11,820 bases of DNA from Candidatus Helarchaeota archaeon (GCA_029838215.1 JALGVI010000086.1:1-11820); one strand, 5' to 3'; counted from the stretch's first letter, positions 1 through 7,683 are shown. Numbers and translations are program-made. The notes: generated by a model not told the origin, from the sequence alone.

Positions 1-54
1 TATTTTAATTCATTATGAAATTTCAAATCGAGAAAATCAAGCTAGTGAAACTAG

Positions 55-1209
55 ATGGGCAAGCAGATCGCAATCTTCAAATTCTCACTTATCTTGGCAT
101 TTCGCTCGATGACTCACCGACGTTTTCGGACGCTCCTTACCGTAGGCGGTGTGATGATCGGAATATTTACGTTCGTTTCCCTAATGAGCATAACGCTGGG
201 AATGAAAGAACAGATCTCAGGTATACTCGAGCAATTTCTGGGTGCTGGTATCATCGTCACGTCTACAGAAGGTGGGTCTCGACCGTCCGTTCCTGGAATC
301 ATGATCGATCAATTCGCAGAGATCGAAGGGGTTGATGCGGTTACGGGTTATATCATGGATTTCATGACAATCGGTGCTTCATATGCATCGGTAACTGGTG
401 TAGAACCCGAGAAAATGGAACTCGCGTTTCCCATTGAAGTTATAGAAGGAAGAACATTATTGCCCGATGATGAATATGTTTGCTTGACGGGTGCAGGTTT
501 TGTGGGTCATGACGTTGGAGATAAAATATATCTATCTGGTTCCTTGTTGGGTTCTACTGGTGCCGTCGAGTTGACGATTGTTGGAAAGCTTGCCAGCATG
601 GGTGATCCCATGGCAGATTCGGGAATTATAATGCCATTGGGAACGTTACAAGAACTCATGAATACTGAAAATGTTCAATTTGTCCTCGTTGACTGTTCCA
701 TAGATGTATCCGAGTCCGTGGCCAGATCAATTCGAGACAATTATCCCGATGCAATGGTAATCGAAAGTGCTGAAATCATGGACACGATCACCTACATTCT
801 GGATCTGATCAATGTCTTGCTGATGGTTCTTGCCGTCATTACATTGACCGTTGGTGCCATTGGCATAATGAACACGACCATGATGAATGTCCTTGAACGG
901 ACTCGCGAAATTGGTATTATCAAATCCATAGGCGGGACTCGAGCCGAAGTCGTCGAGATCTTCATAATGGAAGCCATCATAATAGCCATTATTGGAGGAA
1001 TATTGGGTTGCGTTCTGGCAGTTGTTGGTGTCAACATGCTTAGTCCCATGATCACGCCCTATCTAGGAATGCCAATGCCATTCTCATTTCCTCCATATCT
1101 CTTTATCATTGCAATGCTCATGGCAACACTCATCGGTTTTGGTGCCTCTTTATATCCTAGTGTACAGGCTGCAAGCGTTCGCCCTGTAGAAGCATTAAGA
1201 TATGAATAA
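55..1209 (+). CDS. ABC transporter permease, MacB/FtsX-like (type VII ABC) family
   Basis: 384 aa. N-terminal 'RRFRTLLTVGGVMIGI' TM1, then an extracellular domain and three C-terminal TM helices. Carries the family motifs 'ERTREIGIIKSIGG' and C-terminal 'PVEALRYE'. In-frame stops lie directly upstream of ATG 55. No ATPase partner inside the window. Confidence 0.9.
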   Translation: MGKQIAIFKFSLILAFRSMTHRRFRTLLTVGGVMIGIFTFVSLMSITLGMKEQISGILEQFLGAGIIVTSTEGGSRPSVPGIMIDQFAEIEGVDAVTGYIMDFMTIGASYASVTGVEPEKMELAFPIEVIEGRTLLPDDEYVCLTGAGFVGHDVGDKIYLSGSLLGSTGAVELTIVGKLASMGDPMADSGIIMPLGTLQELMNTENVQFVLVDCSIDVSESVARSIRDNYPDAMVIESAEIMDTITYILDLINVLLMVLAVITLTVGAIGIMNTTMMNVLERTREIGIIKSIGGTRAEVVEIFIMEAIIIAIIGGILGCVLAVVGVNMLSPMITPYLGMPMPFSFPPYLFIIAMLMATLIGFGASLYPSVQAASVRPVEALRYE

Positions 1210-1250
1210 TTGAGAACTTATTGCCGTTTATCTAAATCTATTAACAAGAA

Positions 1251-1275
1251 AATGAAAAAATCACTTTTTTTCTAA
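1251..1275. terminator. Putative bidirectional terminator between the convergent ABC permease and selD genes
   Basis: GAAAAAA-TCACT-TTTTTTC inverted repeat gives a T7 tract on + and a T6 tract on -. The same 12-mer TCACTTTTTTTC recurs at 9449-9460 after another stop codon. Confidence 0.45.
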
Positions 1276-1282
1276 TATTTTA

Positions 1283-1360
1283 CTTGGTGGTGCCATGTTG
1301 CGTGAGGCACGAAGTTTAAAAATGGTTGCAATCTTTGCCATTTTATCATCACTCACCAAG
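1283..1360 (-). promoter_or_regulatory. Candidate SECIS element in the selD 3'UTR (eukaryote/Lokiarchaeota-like, non-canonical core)
   Basis: Begins 3 nt after the selD stop. Outer stem CUUGGUG(1360-1354)/CACCAAG(1289-1283). AUGA at 1349-1346, followed by stem AAAAUGG/CCAUUUU with an apical CAAAGAUUG segment. The strand opposite AUGA reads UAAA rather than NGAN. Second hairpin GUGCC/GGCAC (1310-1289). Pairing found by eye, not folded computationally. Confidence 0.55.
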
Positions 1361-1362
1361 AG

Positions 1363-2400
1363 TCAAGGATATTTATCGATTTCGATAAACATCAGGTCTT
1401 TTTTAAGATGAACCTTTCCCGTTCCCTTGACGACCGAACCAATCTTCCAGAATGGTATTCCAATACGTGAAAACTCCTGTTCCAAAGCTCCTAATTGTTC
1501 TTCCGGAATCGATAAAAGCATTCCACCTGCCGTTTCCGAAGCATTTCCTTCATTAAGTCCGTGAACAAACAATTCCGAGAGTTCCAACGCACCTTTTATG
1601 ACTGGAAGCTCGCTTATTTTGATATCCACCTGACTCATTTTTGCGATGTTTAGGGCATGTCCTCGAATACCAAAACCCGTGACATCCGTGGCGGCACTTA
1701 CGTTCAAGTTTTCGAGTGCAATTGCGACTTTTTTATTACTTGTCAGCAAGATTTGTACTGCAAGGTCAACAGCACGTATTGCTTCCTTTCTAGGAAGAAC
1801 CTCGAATACCATTTCCTGAATGCTTTCTTCTTCTTTCAACGCCCTGTATGCTGCCATGCACGATTGGATTCCGAGTGGTTTTGTGAGAACCAACACGTCG
1901 CCAGGTCTTGCACCATGACTATATATGACCCTACTTGGATGCGACACGCCCGTGCATGCACCACCAATGATTGGCCATGGATTCTTAATCGTATGCCCAC
2001 CGATGACAGGAGCACCTTCAGCGTTACAAAAGTCCACGAATCCCCGTAACATTTGCTTCGCAATTGTTTTTGGCATGTCTTCAGGAAATGCCATTATTAC
2101 GAGAACGCTGATGACGTCATGGACTCCCATTGCATAGAGATCATTAAGGGAATTACAAGCACTGAGTTTCCCCTGAATCACGGGGTCATCGTGAAGTGGC
2201 GTGAAAGCATCTATCGTTTGCACCAAGACCATTTCATCGGAAATCTTTAATACTGCGGCATCATCACCCAGCTTAGACAAGATCTTCCGGTTCTCTATTG
2301 TTTCCATGCCTTCAAGCAAATTCTCGAGATCAATGCGGTCAATCTTACATGCTCATCCGTGAAAGGTTACTTTCTTCGTTAGACGATACTCATCTTCCAT
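1363..2400 (-). CDS. selD: Selenophosphate synthetase (selenide, water dikinase), selenocysteine-containing, 345 aa
   Basis: Manual translation from ATG 2400 gives MEDEYRLTKKVTFHG[TGA 2355-2353]ACKIDRIDLENLLEGMETIEN..., in frame with the tracked 1363..2319 ORF. TGA is codon 16 of the catalytic U/C-x-C-K motif. Downstream SelD motifs are present: GDDAAV, TIDAFTP, NSLNDLYAMG, GGHT, GDVLVLTKPLG and TDVTGFG. Confidence 0.95.
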
Positions 2401-2504
2401 GATGAAAGCTTCCTTTTTCGTATTAGATATGTTAATCAACAAAATTGAAGAAATCAACAATAAATATTTTTTCTGTTTTCAACAAGCAAGTTAGAAATGG
2501 ACGA

Positions 2505-3476
2505 TCATGACGAAAATTCTCTTCCGTTCTCACGGATGAATTCAATGATTTTTTTCTCTTTTGCCATTCCGGTTCTTGCTCCAACCTGCAGACAATTCAA
2601 TGCTCCCGCGGCATTTGCAAAAAGAGCAATCTCATCAAGGTCCCATCCCTTCAAATATCCCACTCCAAATGCTGCATTAAATGCATCTCCTGCTCCCGTC
2701 ACGTCTTTGGGCTGAATCTTAAAACCAGAAATGAATTTCTCCTTGATCTTATCATTTTCTCTAAAAAAAATCCTGCACCCATCCTCTCCTAGAGTTACCA
2801 CGATTACTTTTAAATTCACTTTCTTCTGCATCAATGCTCGAGTGGCTTCAATTGGATTGTTGATGCCTGTCAATTCCATTATTCCAAGCTTCTGCGGTAC
2901 TAAAATATCAACAAGATCCAAGAAATTCAGGATCTCATCTGCTCCATTATTGACAATTACTTGTTTCTCAAGATCAAATGAAATCAGTATCTCTGGATTA
3001 TTATCGCGTGCCTGCTTCACGAGATAACTCGAAACATCCCCATGAATATAAGAAGTATGAAGAAGACGGGCTCGCGCTATCTTGTCAAAATCCGCCTGAT
3101 TAAAATCATCGGGAACACTCACGCGTGTCTTGATAACGTACGGCGACTGAATGATGACTTTTTCACCAACCCGATTGATCAAGATGAATGTTTCTGCCGT
3201 TTTCTGCCCTTTCTTAATTCTAGTGAGTGACGTGTCTATCCCTTCGGTACTGAGATCTTTTAACAAGATCTGTCCTGCCTCATCATCTCCAAAAGCACCG
3301 ATGAATCCTGCTTGAACTCCCAATCTGCTTACTTGAGTCAAGTAATTACCAATCACTCCTCCACTGGTCAAGATATATTCTGAGGCATCGACTTTTTCGT
3401 CCGAACTTGGAAATCGGTCAATGAGAAGAACGTGATCCAAATTACAGCTCCCAATGCCGAAAATTTCAATCATCAT
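2505..3476 (-). CDS. PfkB/ribokinase-family carbohydrate kinase
   Basis: N-terminal 'GIGSCNLD' and 'GGVIGN' motifs, plus 'VVTLGEDG' and the PfkB signature 'DVTGAGDAFNAAF' (2705-2685). Start is probably ATG 3476 or 3473, after an SD-like GGGTG, rather than GTG 3482. Substrate cannot be assigned. Confidence 0.92.
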   Translation of the reverse strand: MMIEIFGIGSCNLDHVLLIDRFPSSDEKVDASEYILTSGGVIGNYLTQVSRLGVQAGFIGAFGDDEAGQILLKDLSTEGIDTSLTRIKKGQKTAETFILINRVGEKVIIQSPYVIKTRVSVPDDFNQADFDKIARARLLHTSYIHGDVSSYLVKQARDNNPEILISFDLEKQVIVNNGADEILNFLDLVDILVPQKLGIMELTGINNPIEATRALMQKKVNLKVIVVTLGEDGCRIFFRENDKIKEKFISGFKIQPKDVTGAGDAFNAAFGVGYLKGWDLDEIALFANAAGALNCLQVGARTGMAKEKKIIEFIRENGREFSS

Positions 3477-3569
3477 GTCCACCTTTTCAATTACGAATCA
3501 TTTCTAAACAGGATTTAAAAAAACATTCAGATTATCATGGATGAGTTTCGAATTAAATGATTCTGCAGG

Positions 3570-3577
3570 AAAAAAAA
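3570..3577 (-). terminator. Oligo-U terminator candidate after the Zn-ribbon gene
   Basis: T8 run on the minus strand, 7 nt after the stop at 3584. Confidence 0.4.
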
Positions 3578-3583
3578 TTCCAT

Positions 3584-4312
3584 TCATAAACTAATTATTC
3601 GATTTCCACACCTATTGCACGCAATGATAAAGCCTAATTCTATTCCTTCGACCATGTCTTTCGTTAATACTTGCCCGCAAAATGGACATAGTTTCTCTGA
3701 TGCGTCCTGTTCACTCTCTTCTTCCTTTGATGCCACGTATATCGGTTTTGGCGTGATAACATCTGGCACGACATTCTCGTTGACAACATCCTTTTTTTTC
3801 GAGTCAATGTTCAAAGAAATGACGTTCAAGACGCCTTTATCTGTAAATGGCAGGTCTTTATCATCTTTTGTATCAGCGATGGATTTCTCAATTCTCTTTG
3901 AAGATACTTTTTCTTCAATCTTGATAATTTCCTTTTCTGAAGATTTTTCTCTCGCAATTTTGACTGTCTTCGGTTTTGGCATTGACATGATTGCATTTTT
4001 TAATTCGGCACTCGCCTCCGTCTCGTTTTTAACATTTACTGCCTTTTTCGTCTTCAATTTTTTATGAGTGAATTGCAATGTATCGGGTAACTCATCTTTC
4101 GGGCTGGGTTGTTGCTCTTTCTTCGCCTTGGCTTTTTTTTCAACTTTTCGGGTCTTTGTTTTTATTGCGGCTTCCTCTTCTTCTTCCGCGGCTTCCTCAA
4201 TTGAGATCCCAAAGATATCTTGGAAGAGCTCTTCATTTTTTTTGCGAACGATCTGCTCTTGTTCTTCTTCTAAATCATTTTCATTGGGTTTTTCCTTTCC
4301 AGTTCGAACCAT
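3584..4312 (-). CDS. Hypothetical protein: long K/E-rich low-complexity region with a C-terminal Zn ribbon
   Basis: About 242 aa from ATG 4312 (track uses TTG 4318). Charged, disorder-like N-terminal ~200 aa. C-terminal CPFCG-x18-CNRCG. Confidence 0.75.
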   Translation of the reverse strand: MVRTGKEKPNENDLEEEQEQIVRKKNEELFQDIFGISIEEAAEEEEEAAIKTKTRKVEKKAKAKKEQQPSPKDELPDTLQFTHKKLKTKKAVNVKNETEASAELKNAIMSMPKPKTVKIAREKSSEKEIIKIEEKVSSKRIEKSIADTKDDKDLPFTDKGVLNVISLNIDSKKKDVVNENVVPDVITPKPIYVASKEEESEQDASEKLCPFCGQVLTKDMVEGIELGFIIACNRCGNRIISL

Positions 4313-4596
4313 TTTCAACCAATAATCATATCGAAATGATGTTTCTTAAAAATTATTATTTGCAGGAAGTGATAATATTTAGAGAACACGCGCTTTTTAT
4401 TGAGTTTTTCACGCAAACTTCATTGATCTCAAATAAGAGGTGCGTGGTAATGTTTCACGAATGCTTTCAACAACAACATGTTTTCATCATGGAATTAAAT
4501 CGAAAAGAATTGGAACAATGCGCAAGGAGATTTTTCATAAAAAGAACCATCACGATAGAAATGACCGATCTTTTCTCATGTTCATCTGGATTAAAC

Positions 4597-5100
4597 TCAT
4601 GAAAAATAGGTTATGGAAGACTTATCGAAATCTCGAACCATTTGGATCCGCATGGATGGCTTGATGTGGAAATTCGCAGAGAGGTGACGAAAACCATGAA
4701 AAAACACGTTAATTCCTTGGCTTGCCATGATAAATGCTGGATGATCTTCACTCTTGTATCTCTTTTTAGTAATATGAAGAGTTACTTGCTGGCAGATCCG
4801 CTCGTTTAAAAATCCAAGAGAATGCACGTATTCATGGAGAAGAACGTGATACAAATATGCAATTAAAATATCTTCAGAATGACTCTGTTCAGCATGGAGA
4901 ATCCTCAATGCCGTGATGTTTAATAAAATCATCGTTCCACCTGAAAAATACATCCCACCGATAAAACCATTATTGGAGTAACCCATCTCAGCAAGCCCTA
5001 GCGTTAGTCCAGCTCGATGTCTATGGATGACGTTTTCGACATCTCGTTTTACTTCTTCAAAGATATCTGGTATTTGCTTGATTAATTCTTGAAATTCCAT
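4597..5100 (-). CDS. Small HEXXH (zincin-like) putative metallopeptidase, conserved archaeal-type hypothetical protein
   Basis: 'HVLLHEYVHSLGFLNE' (HEYVH at 4836-4822), 'HRAGLTLGLAEMG' and C-terminal 'DFDKSSITY' resemble an archaeal hypothetical family I recall (not verified). Start is probably ATG 5100 (167 aa), because a TATA box lies inside the track's upstream extension. Confidence 0.8.
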   Translation of the reverse strand: MEFQELIKQIPDIFEEVKRDVENVIHRHRAGLTLGLAEMGYSNNGFIGGMYFSGGTMILLNITALRILHAEQSHSEDILIAYLYHVLLHEYVHSLGFLNERICQQVTLHITKKRYKSEDHPAFIMASQGINVFFHGFRHLSANFHIKPSMRIQMVRDFDKSSITYFS

Positions 5101-5123
5101 CACGTTAATAAAAAATGCGTTCC

Positions 5124-5131
5124 ATATATAA
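5124..5131 (-). promoter_or_regulatory. Archaeal TATA box candidate for the HEXXH gene (leaderless or short-leader mRNA)
   Basis: TTATATAT centred about 27 nt upstream of ATG 5100. No clear SD before that ATG. Confidence 0.45.
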
Positions 5132-5160
5132 TGACTGGGCACTAACAACATGCTTGCAAA

Positions 5161-6009
5161 TTAACCAATAAAATCCCGCATGCTTTGCACGACTAAAGCA
5201 GGATCATCGTGCAATATCCAGTGAGTTGATTTTTCACTTCGGATGATTTTTAGGTTTTCAACATAATCGGACATGTGAATCAATTGTTGTGGTAATAAAT
5301 AAATGTCTTTCATTCCCCAGATCACCAATGTCGGAACCTTAATAATGCCCGTGCCCTTATAGGAATAGGGAAATGCCCGATAATAATTTACTCCTGCGGA
5401 GATGGCTCCCGGTCGTGACCAAGCATCGAAATATCGCTTTCTGTCTTCTTTGCTAAATGCCTTTCGATTTCTCGGACCTGCAAACACGGCCAATTGCAAT
5501 CCTTGAAAATCATTCTCGAGCAGGAACTTCTCCCCTTCTGGTGTTTGGAATTTGAATATGTAAGCACTTGCTCGTTGCTGTTGTTTATCTACTTGCAAGC
5601 TGTGAAGGAATGCTTTTGGATGAGGCGCGTTTAAGATTATTAATTTCTCAATGAGATCTGGATATTGCTCGGCAACCGCCCACGCAACCAAGCCGCCCCA
5701 GTCATGACCCGCAAGATTTATCTTGTCAAATCCCAACTCTTCAAATAATCCAACCATGTCCTGAACTAGAATGTCAATTCCGTAATTTTCCATTCCTTCT
5801 GGCTTGTCGGAAGTATTATAGCCGCGCATATCTGGCAGGATTAGTCTAAAATGATCTCTTAATCCTGGAATGACACTTTTCCAACCATACCAGAAGTCTG
5901 GAAATCCGTGTAAGAGAACTAAAGGTTTGCCTTTCCCAATGAGTACGGTGTGAAGCCTTATTCCGTTTGTATTGACATTTCTTTCTTCGATTTCATCCAA
6001 AAACGACAC
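5161..6009 (-). CDS. Alpha/beta hydrolase, epoxide hydrolase-like
   Basis: HGFPD oxyanion motif, GHDWG Asp nucleophile (5709-5695), cap tyrosines (AYIFKFQ, NYYRA), WGMKD acid and THW His. GTG start preceded by GGGGA. Confidence 0.9.
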   Translation of the reverse strand: MSFLDEIEERNVNTNGIRLHTVLIGKGKPLVLLHGFPDFWYGWKSVIPGLRDHFRLILPDMRGYNTSDKPEGMENYGIDILVQDMVGLFEELGFDKINLAGHDWGGLVAWAVAEQYPDLIEKLIILNAPHPKAFLHSLQVDKQQQRASAYIFKFQTPEGEKFLLENDFQGLQLAVFAGPRNRKAFSKEDRKRYFDAWSRPGAISAGVNYYRAFPYSYKGTGIIKVPTLVIWGMKDIYLLPQQLIHMSDYVENLKIIRSEKSTHWILHDDPALVVQSMRDFIG

Positions 6010-6057
6010 GATAATTCCCCTATTAAGTCAATAAAAACAAAAGGAGATAAATTTTCG

Positions 6058-7536
6058 TCACGCATTTCGTAATAGGTAATTTTTATATTCAATGGCGTTT
6101 TTTAGGGCTGAAGCCATGGTTGCCACGTCATTCATTACCGGAATGCCGACAGCACGAAATCGATTTTCGAGCTCATTACGTTTTGCCACGATTTCCGCAT
6201 CACAAAATGTCTGTTCGGATATTATAATGACTGGCTTTTCGATTTTCCTTATATTCCGCACCAATTGTTTTACATTTGATTCCATCATCGCAGCAAAGTC
6301 CATCTTATTATCGGGATTCAGTTTTGTCATGAGCATCGTGTTCATTATCCCCCAATCCAAGCCCGGCTCAAATGTCATTATATCGATTCCGTCCATTTTA
6401 TCAAATATTCTGATGACTTCCAAGACCTTCTTTATGTTGAACATGTGAATGTTCATGTCCACCGGATTGCGCAATAACGTGCCAACTTCACCTATGACTT
6501 CTTTTATTCTCTCCATGTCTTCACGGTTTAAGTCAGGGAAACTCAACCCCATTTTTGAGCATAAATCTGCCCAGTAGACGTTGTTTCCACCGCCTCCCAA
6601 GACTGCTCCCAAATTTGGGCCAATCTTCATGAGTTTGCCATGTTCTTGAAGGTTAGAGATTAAAAGTGCCGTGTGAAGAAGGTCTCTTCCGCCTTCTTCT
6701 ACCAATATTGCCCCTGATTGCTTGAAAGCCCCTTTTATCACTCGACTATCTCCCGAAATGGAGCCAGTATGGCTGAGAATGGATCTCTTGCCCACTTGAG
6801 TTCTGCCTCCCTGCCAGACGATCACTGGTTTTTTCTTCGTCGTCTCTCGAAGAATCCTGAAATAATTACGACCCTGCTCGAGAGTCTTGAATCCTTCAAG
6901 ATATTCTATTATGAGTTTCGTTTCTATATCATCTTTAAAATATTCCAATAATTCATCTGCGTTTATATCGGCACCGTTGCCATACGATACTGCCTTGTTG
7001 AATTTCAAGCCAATTCCATTTCCATATATGATGAACGCATCAGCATTTCCTCCTGATTGCGAAATTATGGAAACGCTTCCTCCCCACTCATCACCTGACT
7101 TGAGTCCCTGGTTGAATGAGATTCGTCGTTTTGGCACGCAAAGACCGATACAATTCGGTCCAAGCAATCGAACTCCTCCTTTTCGTGCTATCTCGACAAA
7201 ACGTTCTTCATCTTCTTTTTGACCTATTTCCGAAAACCCCGAAGTGAAACAACATACTAATTTCACTTTCTTCTCGACGCAATCTTCAAGAGCTTTAAAT
7301 GCGTGTTTTTTAGGCACGGCAATGATGCAATAATCCACGGGGTGTGGAACTGCCTGAAGATTTGGATACGTTTTGATTCCATTCATTTCTTCATATTTTG
7401 GGTTGATTGGATAGATTTTATCCTTTGGATAGTTAGCGGCTAAAAGAGACTGAAGAAAAGAAGAGCCTCCTGAAAAATATCCCGGGCTCGCACCAATAAT
7501 TGCAATTCCTTCCGGTTCAAACAATGAGTCATCCAT
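6058..7536 (-). CDS. Acyl-CoA synthetase (NDP-forming) alpha-subunit-like, CoA-binding protein
   Basis: CoA-binding fold 'IAIIGAS...YPINPK', plus 'LLGPNCIG', 'SQSGG', 'VSYGN', phospho-His loop 'SHTGS' (His codon 6771-6769, about residue 256) and 'NPVD'. No ATP-grasp (beta) domain. ATG 7536 preferred over GTG 7545. Confidence 0.88.
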   Translation of the reverse strand: MDDSLFEPEGIAIIGASPGYFSGGSSFLQSLLAANYPKDKIYPINPKYEEMNGIKTYPNLQAVPHPVDYCIIAVPKKHAFKALEDCVEKKVKLVCCFTSGFSEIGQKEDEERFVEIARKGGVRLLGPNCIGLCVPKRRISFNQGLKSGDEWGGSVSIISQSGGNADAFIIYGNGIGLKFNKAVSYGNGADINADELLEYFKDDIETKLIIEYLEGFKTLEQGRNYFRILRETTKKKPVIVWQGGRTQVGKRSILSHTGSISGDSRVIKGAFKQSGAILVEEGGRDLLHTALLISNLQEHGKLMKIGPNLGAVLGGGGNNVYWADLCSKMGLSFPDLNREDMERIKEVIGEVGTLLRNPVDMNIHMFNIKKVLEVIRIFDKMDGIDIMTFEPGLDWGIMNTMLMTKLNPDNKMDFAAMMESNVKQLVRNIRKIEKPVIIISEQTFCDAEIVAKRNELENRFRAVGIPVMNDVATMASALKNAIEYKNYLLRNA

Positions 7537-7613
7537 GTATATCACGTCTCGGATTTACTTAAGATTGTCTGTGATCTACTTGATACTTTTCCATGATTTG
7601 AATTAAGAAGATT

Positions 7614-7665
7614 TTTTTAAAGTTTTTGTGAAATTTCGTAATTTCGACATATTCAATTAATTGAA
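7614..7665 (-). promoter_or_regulatory. Candidate BRE/TATA promoter of the acyl-CoA synthetase gene with an upstream 14-bp palindrome
   Basis: Minus strand AAAAAC-TTTAAAAA (7627-7614). Perfect palindrome TTCAATTAATTGAA at 7652-7665. Confidence 0.4.
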
Positions 7666-7683
7666 AAATAAATCCAATATGAC

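Noticed and set aside
16-25. TGAAATTTCA palindrome resembling 7629-7637 as a shared regulon site
   Set aside because: A short AT-rich match is expected by chance, and the upstream context is cut off by the window edge.
15-335. 106-aa + strand ORF, plus the other short ORFs nested in long genes (e.g. 114-302, 792-1055, 1657-2049, 2731-3027, 3615-4067, 6092-6448, 8641-8937, 10106-10573)
   Set aside because: Alternative-frame or antisense shadows of well-supported genes, with no recognisable motifs.
1282-1364. The multi-stem structure next to selD read as tRNA-Sec or another tRNA
   Set aside because: No UCA anticodon loop and no recognisable T-loop. Only two internal arms on either strand.
1363-2319. 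ORF-track start of selD at TTG 2319
   Set aside because: It omits the catalytic U-x-C-K motif. The in-frame ATG 2400 with TGA read-through restores a full SelD.
4399-4600. Minus-strand frame from ATG 4600 with several TGA codons read as a multi-Sec selenoprotein
   Set aside because: The TGAs are not in Cys-like redox motifs, no SECIS candidate follows, and TGA is frequent by chance in AT-rich DNA.
4078-4664. + strand ORFs 4078-4602 and 4440-4664
   Set aside because: They overlap antisense to supported genes, have atypical composition and show no motifs.
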